Of a stretch of 64,000 bases of DNA, positions 23,763-35,610 are shown in pieces. The position numbers and the translations under genes were made by a program. This DNA is from Leidyana gryllorum EB-2025a. Taxonomy: Eukaryota > Protista > Apicomplexa. Location of the stretch: assembly GCA_048772705.1 (NCBI GenBank), contig JBLWGC010000230.1, forward strand, positions 1,662,051-1,726,050, given 5' to 3'. Under the pieces are notes generated by a model that saw only the letters and a program-made list of their open reading frames with translations, was not told where the DNA came from and made no database searches. Each line of letters opens with the position of its first letter. Position 1 is the stretch's first letter.

Positions 23763-24308
23763 ATGGAGGGAGCAGGCAAAGCAGGAAAGTACGGAGGCAA
23801 AGTCGGAGGCAAAGTCGGGGGTAAGCTTGGTGGTAAGGGTAAGTCTGGCTCTGGGAAGAGCAAGAAGGCCCCCACCAGCCGTGCCAGCCGTGCCGGTCTC
23901 CAATTCCCCGTTGGACGTATCCATAGAATGCTCAAGTCTCGTATTCCATCCGATGGACGTGTGGGAAGTACTGCAGCGGTCTACGCTGCGGCCATCCTCG
24001 AATATCTCACTGCCGAAGTCCTCGAACTTGCAGGAAACGCCTCTAAAGATCTCAAAGTCAAGCGTATTTCGCCCCGTCATTTGCAGTTAGCTATTCGTGG
24101 TGACGAAGAGCTTGACACTCTTATCAAGGCCACCATTGCCGGTGGTGGTGTCATTCCCCACATTCACACCAAACTCCAAGCCAAAACTCCGACCATTGGT
24201 GGCGGTCCGGGAGGCATGCCCCCAGGACAGATGGGACAGCCAGCACACATCGGGCAGGGTCCCCACTCCTATGGCATCTCAGCCGACGATCTTCCCGACC
24301 GCGATTAG
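23763..24308 (+). CDS. H2A.Z: Histone H2A.Z, intronless
   Basis: [68 protein letters not shown]; N-terminal GKVGG repeats. Confidence 0.97.
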   Translation: MEGAGKAGKYGGKVGGKVGGKLGGKGKSGSGKSKKAPTSRASRAGLQFPVGRIHRMLKSRIPSDGRVGSTAAVYAAAILEYLTAEVLELAGNASKDLKVKRISPRHLQLAIRGDEELDTLIKATIAGGGVIPHIHTKLQAKTPTIGGGPGGMPPGQMGQPAHIGQGPHSYGISADDLPDRD

Positions 24309-24690
24309 AGAGATGCAGTCACTGCCCTCAATCGGGTCCACGGACCAGCAAACGAGTAGATTGCCTTAAGCTTCTCAAAACATCATATCCCACCATCCCA
24401 TTTGAAGAACTCTCACCATTAATGCATTCAGTAGCTTCGGTGGACTCGGAGCTTTTCACTGATCTTCATCTGTGCTCGTTTTCATCCAGAGGAGCACTTC
24501 ATGTCATAGTGCTGAACCGTCATTCCTTCCCGTATCTAGCAGCTACCCATCGGTTCTCATATGGGAGACGAACAAAAGAAATTGCCATTACAAAAGTAAT
24601 CGTCACATTGGTTGGGTGGAAGTGACAGTGGGCGCACAGTGTGAGGTGTGTAATAAAACCGGACTGGTACATGTTGAAAATTGATTAACT

Positions 24691-24777
24691 GCGCTGATGA
24701 CCCAATCTGGTGATTGGACGTGACTTCAAATCACGGGGCGACGAAAGTCGCAGGGGTTCGATTCCTCCTTCGGCGCG
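24691..24777 (+). tRNA. tRNA-Sec (anticodon UCA)
   Basis: 9-bp acceptor stem (GCGCTGATG/CTTCGGCGC, one U-U pair), 6-bp D stem CCAATC/GATTGG with TGGT loop, anticodon loop CTTCAAA (TCA at 24726-24728), long variable arm GCGAC-GAAA-GTCGC, 4-bp T stem with TTCGATT loop, discriminator G. This is the eukaryotic 9/4 Sec fold. Confidence 0.95.
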
Positions 24778-25495
24778 GGATGACCAAACCGACAATCGCG
24801 CTGATGTCCCAAAGGATTTTTGCACAATAGAACACAAATTTTTGGGTGATTGGAGATCTAATGAATACACTAATAGTCTATGTGGTACAATAAGTGAGCG
24901 ATTTCTGTATTACTGAACACAGTTCGAAAGCCTGTGAGCACTTTTTAGTTAGTGAAATAGGTTGGAAAGGACGATCAGACTCTGATCTCCATGTTTAGCA
25001 TTGATCGACTCAGATAAAATACGGACAACATGGAGTTGCTGATAGGCTGTGGTTCACATCCTCATCGTAGTTTTTGTACATTGCACTCAACAACCATTGA
25101 AAACGCAATCGATGGAGTAGTAAAGGATGGCGAGTTGATTGATACAATTCAGAACAACAGCAGAGTCCCCTCTGCATGAACTTAGTTAGAAGCCGAAAGG
25201 TGCTCTTTTGTATGCGTGAGTGTCCAACGACGCCCGTGTGGACTCGCCATTCCTGACGGGCCATGTCACGACATGTGAGCCAGACTTGACTAGCAACATA
25301 GGACAGTGGCACCTGTCAGAAATCGACCCCCCACGGCCACGATACCTAAAATCTAGCAGGAGGAGCTGCTGATATGCCTCCTCTGGCGGTTCCATGCTGC
25401 AAGCGGAATGCCAGGCGAAATACCCAGGCACCTTCGATAAGTAAGTAGTAATAGTTGTCAGTCAACCGGAGGCATCTGCATAGCATCAGGATTCG

Positions 25496-26579
25496 TTAAT
25501 GAGTGGCGCAGCGCAAGTCGCCAAACTCATTACTTCCAGCTGCTACGTTTGTAGCAGCCGATGCGGCTGTGGGTCGCCTCAGACGGCACCAGTCGGGGAC
25601 ATTATCGGCTTGATCGGCCTGCAACGAAGTGTGCTGGGTGGCACAGCTAGCAGAACTCGATACAGACCAATTAGATGGACGGCGGGCGGCAGCTGAATGA
25701 GTATAAGCAGAAGGTTCCGGCCTCGGACACTTGCCAATCTTGGCGTTCTTTCGCTTGATTGGATCCGACGGCGGGTGGAGAACCAGTTCGGTGACAAGAG
25801 CTAGTTCTTTTCTTCTGTCAATGTCTGGCTTCATTAATAGAGCCATAGGGTCCAGCAAACCCTCCATTCGAGTATGGCGTTGCAGAACCCACTTGTCCTC
25901 ACGTGCTCGCACAGGTGGTGGGTCTTGCCCTCCCCAGAGACTGACCGGTTGAGGTTCCTCAACTTCCAAACCTGCTTCTTCGAACATCTTTCTCAGATTA
26001 CGTAGTACAATTTCGCTGATGGACACTAACTTGTTAGTGGCGTCCAGTCCGCACCTCAGCACAATCCTGCCAGGCTGCGAGCCTTTTATAGTCTGAAAGA
26101 AATGCTCAAACGCGCTACATCCATTAGACACACACAGCGGACACACACAGCGCAACACCGATATCCAGGGCCGTAGTGCTGAAGGAAGTCGTTTCCAGCC
26201 TCTATAGCGCATCCCGGCTCACTCGAGTGCTGGGGATATGAGATCATATGCATTTTCAAATAGACATGATTGTCTATAGATAGGCGGAGGAGCAAGGGGT
26301 CAGTCAGTGTCACTGTAGTACACAATCGATTCCTAGTTTGAGCATAAACTCTTGCCAGGTGACCGAGCTCAAACGGTATCATCCGCTGTTGAAACTTACC
26401 TTCTTGCTCGTCAGCAGTTCGGTGGCTCTCAATGCTGCATCGAGAGTTCCCTGTCGTGCCGTGCGCTTAATTGTGAATGTATCAGGATCTTCTGCCAAGC
26501 CCTTGATGCTTGACCACCCGTTGTTAGCGGGCGGGCTCTTTGCCATTGCCTTGTTGCTGCCTTGGGGCCGCATGCCCAT
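25496..26579 (-). CDS. Alba-domain-like protein (Rpp25/Pop6-like), 2 exons
   Basis: FTIKRTARQGTLDAALRATELLTSKK|TIKGSQPGRIVLRCGLDATNKLVSISEIVLRNL resembles the Alba motif VVL.A.G.AI.KAV.IAEILKR. 307-nt phase-0 intron at 26093-26399. Confidence 0.5.
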
Positions 26580-26612
26580 CAAATCGCCAGAAATGAATTT
26601 TTTAAACGCCAA

Positions 26613-27877
26613 ATGAGTCGCCAAGGGAGCCGCGACTCGTCAGACCTCGAAGCTCCAAAATTGGAGGACGAGGAGACTGGTAAGGAACCGACACTGACGC
26701 AGGCCGCTCCCTCCGATGACCGGCTGCGCTCTCTCCGGTCCGAGATTCGGGAGCTTGTTCGCGAACGTACTCAAGCAAGGGATCAGCTCAGGAGAGTGCA
26801 GGCTGAGCTAAAGGCAGAACGACAGGCTAAACCGACTGAGTCATTGCAGCCCCCGCAAACTACAGAGCCGTCCGAAACCCAGGACGTTCCCCTGAAGCCA
26901 GAAGAGGAACCTCCCCAGGGCACCAATTCGAATATTACATCCCCTCTTCAGGCGCCAAGTGATAGTAAACCTTCCGCTTCCGAGTCTGCCTCAAAGAAGC
27001 GGCCACAGCCCCCCTCTGATGATGAGGATCAACACACAGTAAAACGTCCGGCGGCGACATCTAACGGCACCTCAACCACCGATCCGACATTCTCGGCAGA
27101 AAAACGAGTGAGTCCAACTCGGTTATTCCTCTCAACTAATGCGCTTTGAACTGAGCAGCCGCGTCTAGCAGTTGACGATACACAGATAAAGCGTACCCGC
27201 AATATATTCGGTAGACTAGTTGGGCACCTGCAAAAGGCCAAGGAGCGCCTTGATAAAGACAAGGACACTCGTCAAGTAAGTTTATCGCATCTGGGGCCCA
27301 GCGTCATCACTTTGCTCCCGGAACAGGCTGAGATGCAGAATGAGACTGCCCGTCGCATTGAGGAGAAGTTGAAGAATGAGCGCGAAGCCCTGCGAGAAGC
27401 CAAATTGAAAACGTTACAGGTAAGCCTCGCCGTCTGGCGGTGCGATCGCGACTTCTTTGATCAGGAGAGTGAAGTTCAACTCCGAGAAAGGTTACGGCGA
27501 ATCCAATACGAATTGGAAATGAGAGAAACAGAGGCATTGAAGACGCAGTTGGAGACTCATTATCAGTATATGCAGAACTTCATATCAACCCGGTACGTCT
27601 AACCCCCCCCTTCATGGTCAAAGATTGTTCACTGAACAGAGCTCAACCAACGCTTTTCTGGGCACCGCATATTCACACCGATAAGACACGTGAATTGCAG
27701 AAAGAAACTGTCGAACAAATAGAGGTACGCTACTATTCCAACCTGTACTTTATCGTTCGCTCGTTATCAATTACACAGAAGAAGATCAAGTCAATCTCGG
27801 AGCAGCTCAAAAGTGTTTCCTATGAGGACTACGCTAAAGTTCAACAATGGCAACCAATAAAGGTGTACGACGATTGA
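26613..27877 (+). CDS. Pinin/SDK/memA-domain protein, multi-exon
   Basis: KRTRNIFGRLVGHLQKAK, coiled coil, NFISTR|AQPTLFWAP. Confidence 0.75.
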
Positions 27878-27985
27878 TTATAACTAGCCGCGGTCTGCTT
27901 CTCCTTGAGCGAGGATGGGTGAGTCAGAAAACAGTGAGAAAGTAATGACGCCTTGATGGGCTGGCTATTCATTAAATTACTCCTC

Positions 27986-30232
27986 TCACTCGATCGTCTC
28001 ATCCATGTTCCCCTCACGCCCACTCGAAATGTCGGGGAAGTTCGCCTTTGACTCAAAGTCGAGTCCAGGAACAGCCCCCTTCAACAGATCTAGCGACTGC
28101 TTCAGAGTCGCTGTTGGCGACGCAAAAGAACTGTACACCATTTTATGAACTGCAGCCTGCCATGCCTGACACCAAACCCCCAATCCTTTCATGTACTTGT
28201 GGAACTTTGCGGGCTGCTTCTCAATGTTCGCCACAGCATTGCTTTCCATCAACTCGGGCTTTGCTTTGGCGAAACTCAATACAGAGGACAGTAGGTTGAG
28301 ATTCTTGACACATTGCTCCTGCTCAGGTTGCGGGATGTTCTCAATCGCATCGAACGTGCTCAAAATCTCCTTCACCCCCCGCTTGTCAATTACATAGACT
28401 GGCAACTTTGCTTTCCACTTCTTGGGTTTGGGTAGCCCTTGAATCCAAGCTTTGGCACTCTTGGCCAGCTTGATACCTTTCTTCATTTTGGTGCTCATCT
28501 TCTTTATCGTACTCTTCAGTTCTTCCAGATAACCCATAAGTGTGTTGGGCGCGGCTGTGGGAGTCTGTCCGTTGGATTTATTGGATCCATTCTGCCCCAT
28601 CATAGCAGTCATATTGAACCCTTGTTGACTCTGACCACCACTGGCGTTGTTTTCGGGCATCCCAGCAGTCAAATTTGCGGTCAACGCCGATGCCAACGAT
28701 TCCCATCCGCCAACATCCACAGGTGCCTTGCCACTGACACCTTCCTTTGCCTCGAGAGCCACAGCGAGTGGGCCGCTTGCAGTCCCAGCTATGGCCTTGT
28801 GCACTGAGGTGCGGTTGCTCTGATAAAAGGCATCTCGCAGAGCCTTGAAAACTGGAGGGGGCAAATTCAGCTTGCGAAACCTGTTCTCGACTTCTGTGCA
28901 AGCTTCGTCCAAGATCCGCTGACTCCCGTTCGCCAATTCACCAGACACTCGTATCAATTCTCTCAGCCGTTTCGCAGGTAACAAACTTTCAGCTCGGTTG
29001 AGAACCTGCTGTAATAAGGCAGCACCTTTAGAACTTCGAGATCGTAATTTCTTCCGTTCCTTTTCAAAGTGAGCATCAGCTCCCGGATTGGGCGCGGCGG
29101 CTATTGACATTCCAGCCGGCATTTGAGGCATGCCGTAAGGACGAGCAGCAGCTACCGCGTTCATAGTTGCCATATTCTGTCCACCCCATTGTGCAGCTTG
29201 TTGAGGGAGGCGCTGATACGCGTTGACGTTGAATCCACCTGGAAGCAGTGCAGATGATGAGACCAGTGCGGTCGCTACCGGCCCCACGTGATCCTGACGC
29301 GGGCTCGATTCGCCTGCGCGTACAGACACTCCCATACCTTCACAAAAATAATTTTGATACTCGCCGTGGCCAGCACCCTGGTGTACTCCAAAAGCAGGAT
29401 CTAGACCCTTGCCAGACACCCCCTTGATGTCGAATAGAGAATGCAAAAGCACTTGTAGGCCTGGACCGATCGGCATCTCGAGATTGAATGCCGCCAACCT
29501 TCAAAGTGCTGGGAGAATCCAGCACTATAAATAAATTTCAACCGGACATGTAGGCCCTTCATTCCGTAGAGAGGAAAGAGGCAATGAAGACTCGAAAGGT
29601 AGCTTCCATCTTGGCCACAGGGAAGTTGACACACCAGTGTTGATCTCTGCAGGCATTCGGCATTCACCCACTTTCTCGTCGAAATGCATTGACCGCAGTT
29701 GACATATCAACGGGGCCAGGGCTCGTATCAGTCGCAGCGGGCATGCCGCTTCCTTAGGATCTCTCCAGGTCTTCAAACCACACTCTGTCACTTTTTTGAC
29801 CACATCTGTAGATACCGATCATTCGAGATCCGATCGCCAGTCCTCACTTTTGATAACTTTTTTAGTTTTCCTCTTGGTGAGGGGTTTCTCCAATGTCTTT
29901 GCTTCCTCGGGGTCCAGTCGTCGCACTACAGAGCAATACGTTAGCACCAGAAGATCCACAAACTCACCCAGTATGTTGATGGGTGTGGTGGTTTCGCCAG
30001 CACTTTGAATGGTTTTCATGGCGTTGTACACCAACGCTTCAAAAGAGTCATCATACACGTTAGTGAGGGGGCTAGTGCTGTGCGCTATGAGGTCGTCAAT
30101 GATTTGGCGACGTCTGTAGCCTTGCTCAATGGCCATTCGCACGTTCCACATATCCTTAGCATTGCCTGACAGTGTAGCATCCGCTGCGTAACACCCCAAT
30201 AGTAGGATGAAAGGTGCAATGACTAGTAACAT
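27986..30232 (-). CDS. Hypothetical, probably secreted protein (one gene, or two adjacent genes)
   Basis: Signal-peptide-like MLLVIAPFILLLGCYAADA at 30232, short introns and a 503-codon terminal ORF. The junction at ~29500-29670 is unresolved. Confidence 0.5.
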
Positions 30233-30273
30233 TTGTGTTCGACGCGCGTGTGTGCTGGAGTGAGGTTGACAAA

Positions 30274-30994
30274 ATGAATGCAGATGGCAGGCCACCCTAC
30301 GATCCTATCATCTACGAGGAGATAGTAAAGGAGGAGGAGACAGTTCTCGTGAAGACCAAGCTGCGTGTGCGACTGCACAAGTCGATTGCTGCCTCCCTTG
30401 ACAAGATCACGAATCCTGGGTTCAAGTGTGGAGTAGAGGTTAGTCATCATTCATCCGCTCCGTCACTATAGGTTGTGGATGACAGGTTACGATTTGCGAG
30501 GGCGTAAACGTTAAGCCTGGATGGTTTGTCACGATCGGCGAGTGTGCGTTCATCGGACGAAATGTGCAGATCACTGTACCCAAGAACCTGACTAACGGGC
30601 AGCATGAACCAGTGATTATCGGTGGCTTTACCATAGTGGGGGAGGACACACAATCGTCCGCTCGAAGCATTGGAACGTGTGTGGACATTGGTCCTGGTTG
30701 TTACATTGTAAGGTGGTGTGCTATCCGCGCCAAATAGGTTGGTTATAACAGGGGAAAGGTGCTTTCATTGGTGACGGATGTATAATCGCTGCCGGTTCTG
30801 TGCTTCCGGACTACACTACCTGCCTGCCGGGGACTGTGTGGGCTGGCGATCCGGCACGAATGATTCGCAGTGCGCCACCAGGTATGGCGGTATTGATGGA
30901 GGAAAGGGCTCGGGATCTGTATGACTGTGTCGTTGCTGCACCCGAAAAGGCAGAGAAACAACGTAGTGTGGAGAAGAGTAGAAGTCGAGCATAG
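30274..30994 (+). CDS. Dynactin subunit 5 (p25)-like left-handed beta-helix protein, 3 exons
   Basis: Hexapeptide repeats VIIGGFTIVGEDTQSSARSIGTCVDIGPGCYI|GKGAFIGDGCIIAAGSVLPDYTTCLPGTVWAGDP. Confidence 0.7.
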
Positions 30995-31320
30995 CGTTTG
31001 TCAATTGGTGCGGGTTTGGTGATGAGGGAGGATGACTTGGTGATCTCAATCTAGTTTGGTCGGTCGGTGCGAGCGAATAGGAGAGCTGGGGTGCAAATTG
31101 GTCTCGCGACATCCGTTGACTGTATGGGTGCCTCACTCGCTTCGTCACTTGGTGGACGCGCGGAGGAACAAGTTTAATTGTGTACATGCTGACTACCTTT
31201 GAGAAGAAGATCCATGGTACTGAAGAGTAAGCAGACTAGAATGATGAGGAGATGGGCGAAAAGGGCTACGAAGATGGCCCCAACAACCATATAGATAAAG
31301 GCGGCATCCCAGAACTCCAT
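30816..31320 (-). CDS. Possible small single-TM protein; 3' end uncertain
   Basis: CACCACCATGG context, then MEFWDAAFIYMVVGAIFVALFAHLLIILVCLLFSTMDLLLK and a GTAGTC donor. Confidence 0.4.
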
Positions 31321-31436
31321 GGTGGTGTGTCTCTCTTCTGGGGTTATAAGGGTCTAGAAGAGGAATTAAATTTCATTCGAACAGCCGCTTACTTCTCACT
31401 GCTTCTTGTTCTTGTTGTACTCGTTGTTGTATTACA

Positions 31437-31931
31437 ATGGCTCCCCCATCACGCAAGGCTCCTGCTGCTGCTGTTACGTCTGATAATGAGATCTCGGACT
31501 CGAATCGTATGGCGGATGGTGGCGACAAAAAACTTGTCCGACGCAACCATAAGAAGGACCCCAACGATTTCAGACGGGCGATCTTCAAGATCTTCAAGGC
31601 TCAGACGCTGGATAACCCGCATAAAATGAGCAAACACTCTCTGGCGGTACTGAATTCCATTCTAATCGATCTGATGCATCGCATTGGCGAAGAGGCTGGA
31701 CGCCTGTGCAAATATACCAACCGAGAGACCATGAACGTCCGCGACATACGGGCGGCTCTTCGATTGGTATTGCCTCAGGGCGAAGTGTGCGGCTACAGTG
31801 TGGAAGAAGGCACCAACAAAGTCAAGTTATACAGCGAGCTGCAACCCAAACGCAACAATGACAAGAAGGCTGGACGCGTTGTGGAGGACGAAGACGACGA
31901 CGAGGAGGAGGAGGAAGAAGTGGAGGCTTGA
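31437..31931 (+). CDS. Divergent histone H2B variant with acidic C-terminal tail, intronless
   Basis: H2B fold: FRRAIFKIFK..MSKHSLAVLNSILIDLMHRIGEEAGRLCKYTNRETMNVRDIRAALRLVLP.GE....SVEEGT. TATAA at ~31345. Confidence 0.85.
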   Translation: MAPPSRKAPAAAVTSDNEISDSNRMADGGDKKLVRRNHKKDPNDFRRAIFKIFKAQTLDNPHKMSKHSLAVLNSILIDLMHRIGEEAGRLCKYTNRETMNVRDIRAALRLVLPQGEVCGYSVEEGTNKVKLYSELQPKRNNDKKAGRVVEDEDDDEEEEEEVEA

Positions 31932-32201
31932 GTTCCATCTCTGATTTCAACACAAAGGTGTGTGGACGCCCGCCCGCCCCGCTGTGCTCTCTCCCTTTCC
32001 ATCTAAGGATGATGTATTATACAGTGCCTAGTTAGAACTTTGATTACAGACGTGCAGTGCTTCTACATAAGTGACCGATAATGACTTTAATGGACATCTT
32101 TCATCTGCGCACTCACAAAGCAGCAACGCGCTTTTTCAGAGCAAAGTTTCAGTTTGTCGCATAGGGGAGGGGAGCGCATAGACGCAGCAGCAGAAAAATC
32201 A

Positions 32202-32576
32202 ATGGCCACTGGGCAATGCGGAAGAGGGAAGACTATCCTCGTGATAGCTAATGTATATCTGACTGTGGCTCTGCTCGGCTGCTTAACACAGCGATTCAGG
32301 AGGTCGGGACTGTTCTTACTCGCTGTGAGCTTTTCTTGCATATTCTCAGCTCCATCTGTCGTTGCAGGTGGCGTTCGCTAGCGCGGTGGCGTTGGGGTTC
32401 ATATCACTCTTCAACATTGCAAAGGACACACTCACCTTCAACCGCTGTCCGAACGCCGGAAAGGAACTTCAGCTGGTGAGCAGAACTATGACGAAAGTAC
32501 TAGAAACTGTGTGTAGGACATTGCTCGGGCACGTAAAGACCTTCAGGCAAGAGGCTGGGCTCCCAGTGTAGAATGA
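32202..32576 (+). CDS. DPM3: Dolichol-phosphate mannosyltransferase subunit 3, 3 exons
   Basis: Two hydrophobic helices, then TFNRCPNAGKELQL|DIARARKDLQARG (cf. TFNDCPEAA.EL..EI.EARADL..RG). Confidence 0.8.
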
Positions 32577-32605
32577 GAACACGAAATCATTAATGGCAAT
32601 ACTAC

Positions 32606-35397
32606 ATGAGTCATCAGCATTCTGCAAGCGCTGTCTTTGGGCACAATAGCGATGCTCCTTCCTGCTGCTTAGGACCCGCCCCCAGGGATAGGAAGCTTCG
32701 TATCACTCGAAAAGCTGAAGGATGTGCCCTCATTTGTTATTCCCTACTGCTCGTCATATGGACACCATTTGCCTTAGTCGGCTATTTACTCACAGCCCTG
32801 GGAAGCCTGCTGCTAAAACCACTACAGCTGCTCTTCAGCGCCATTATTGTACCCGACTTTGTACGACTGGCATATATTCATCGGGTGGGCCGACTACACC
32901 CAAAGTTGACGGCCCCAAATGGGCGGCCGCACTCCCGGCCCATCAGAATCGACGCTATTACGTCCCGTCGGCAAAATGTATCCATCCATACCATCGCACA
33001 ATTGCTCGATAACATCGGCTACCTAATCGTTAATCGGGAAGCCGAGCCGAGAGCTGTACTTGTCGACTGTGCTGATGCCGATGCTTGCCGACAAATTATC
33101 GCAGGCATAAGCAATGTGCATTACTCACGTCAAATGATCACTGTCGAGGCCATTCTCACCACTCATCACCATTGGGACCATATGGGAGGTAACGAGAAGA
33201 TGGCTCAACGGTCACCTGGACCCCTCGAAATATATGGCGGGGAGCATGACCGTGTTCGCGGATGCACCAAATGGCTTCGAGATGGGGATCGCTTCGAAGC
33301 TGCTGGACTTGAATTCGTCGCCATTCACGCCCCATCACACACCAGAGGCTCCATGGTCTACAAGCTTGTGTGTGAGAATGCCAAGGATTGTTTGTTCACA
33401 GGCGACACATTGTTCTGCGGGGGGTGTGGAGCATGCTTTGAAGGCACAACTGAAGAAATGAATCGAAATTTCACCCATTTGTTGCTGGACAACAATCCTC
33501 AATGCCTCCTATTCCCAGGACATGAGTATACCGGTATGTTGTTCACTCACGAGCCCACAACCCACGATCACACTACAACCCACAACCCGCGATTACACCA
33601 CACCCCACGATCACACTGACCTCTCCGCCGATCATGGAGATCTCTTCCACCTCCGAGCCAAATGCGTAACAGTCAGCTATCTTCGGTATCCCTTTGTGTC
33701 TCCCCGTGTGTGCTCACGCACACAGTAGCTCGGTGACATATGTAAACTCGTTAAATTGCAGAGAGAATCCTGATCGAGCATTTTCCGCAGCGCGCAGCCC
33801 AACTAGCAGCGCGAAATCCAGGTCGCTACTTTGCATTATGCAGCGCTCTGTGTCGAGCTCATCATCTGCGTGCACTCCCATTCCCAGCCCCAACAGTTCC
33901 CGTTCGACTGGCGGAAGAGGCGAGTTACAACTCGAACTTCGAGCCAGCATTGCGGGCATGCCTCCTCATGAAAGAAGCTCTCTTTAATCTTCGGGAGCCG
34001 CCTCCGACTAGCTCATTCCCCAACCTGGACGAGATATTACATGAAGCAAGCCCCATATTACCACCCAACTTGACAGTGAATCTTGTGCCAGCGGAGTCGC
34101 CAGAATCCCCCCGAGGACGATCGCGCACCCCTGACTATGACCGCCTGCGACCAAAGGTTGCCATGGACGATGCAGGACAGTATGTTGTGGTTGAGCCGCC
34201 TTGGATCGTGGAAACGAACGCCTCCAATCCTTTTTGTATTAACTGGAAGCGGGAGGTGGCAGATTTGATCTCTCAATTGGATCGGTCCAAGCCATCCAAT
34301 GTAAAGTAAGTATTGTCTCAGTGATCAATCACCACCCTACACTATTGTGCAGACCGCTCGCCATGTCTAAACTCCATCAATGGCGGACCGAGATCAATCA
34401 CTTGACATTGGAACCACGTGGACATAGGTGGCCGTTTCGTGTGCGAAACGATCTGTTGCGTAACTGGCCGCGGACTCTGCAGGAGGCTGAGGATGTGTTA
34501 GCGACGCTGGCCGATGCTGAAGGGGTGTACATCCCATTCTCGCGATTGGAGGCTGCTGTTTTACAAGTGTACGATGGAGAGCCTCCAGCTGCTGCATCGG
34601 AACTGGAGCGTTTGCGACAGATATTCGTTGTTCCTGGTCAGGATGACCGGGTTCAGCTGCGTGAGATAGTTGGATTCGTCACGGCTCACCTGTATGTGAA
34701 GCATGGCCAGCCATGCGACATGGCAACCCGTGAGAATCGGGAGACTCGTGCTCGTCCGCGAGCCGGACCTTTGGCTATGGTGAGTCGACGAAGTCCAAGT
34801 GCGATGAATACGGAAGGAAGTCCGTCGCTGAGCCGTAAACATGGAAGTGCGATTCGAATGGAGCAGGAAATAGCTAAGCAGAACTTCACCACGCCACCGG
34901 ATCCTGATACTCCACAACTGCGACTGGAAGATGGGGTGCAAGTACACGATTTCACAGACTGTTGGATTTGTCAAGGACAGGCCATTCGCGGGATGGCTGC
35001 TCGACAGCTGGAATTGGCTCGAACTGGAACGATGTACAGTAGTCGTCGGCATGGCTTTACGACTATAATTACAGCAGCAGAGTCTGAAGTTGAATCGGAG
35101 ACACCTGGAAGAAGTTGGGGGAATGCCGCGGCCACTTCGAGTCAGGAGCGTCTGAATCGGATAAGTTCCTATCCCACAGCGGCCAGTACTTTGAGTAGCT
35201 GCGTGAATGTGGCGGATGGTGATGTGACAGTAAGAGATCTGAGGCCCCCTCTGCAAGGTCGAAGTCTAATGGTGTTGAGTGGAGACTTCGAGGTCGCGGC
35301 TCCCACGATCACTAACAGGGGCAATAGTTCGCAGTACGTGAGCCTTTTCACTCTTAGTTCTATAGGAGGGGAGCCAAGCCCCGAGTTGGATGTTTAG
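32606..35397 (+). CDS. Hydroxyacylglutathione hydrolase (glyoxalase II)-like metallo-beta-lactamase with N-terminal TM and long C-terminal extension
   Basis: THHHWDHMGGN, HTRGS, FTGDTLFCGGCG.CFEG, PGHEYT|, PTVPVRLAEEASYN. Confidence 0.85.
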
Positions 35398-35610
35398 GTG
35401 CACCTCACACGACAGAACGAAATAACTCTCTCCTTCATCGGGCTAAATAAAGATTACAGTGGGTGGATCTCCCCAGTTTGCGGACCAATAATTAACAAGG
35501 CGAAGTGGGCCCAATCTCACTATTTGTATGTGCACTGACGTGATACAAACCTTCATCGTGCGAGTTGAATTCCCGAGCATAACTGTACGTCAACCTACCG
35601 CCATCACGGG

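Noticed and set aside
25010-25480. Possible small minus-strand gene next to tRNA-Sec
   Set aside because: I could not build a convincing start and splice model and saw no recognisable motif; left unannotated.
29805-29850. In-frame TGA (SDLE*SVSTDVVKK) as a possible selenocysteine or readthrough codon
   Set aside because: It lies inside a 42-nt GTGAGG..TACAG intron whose removal keeps the frame.
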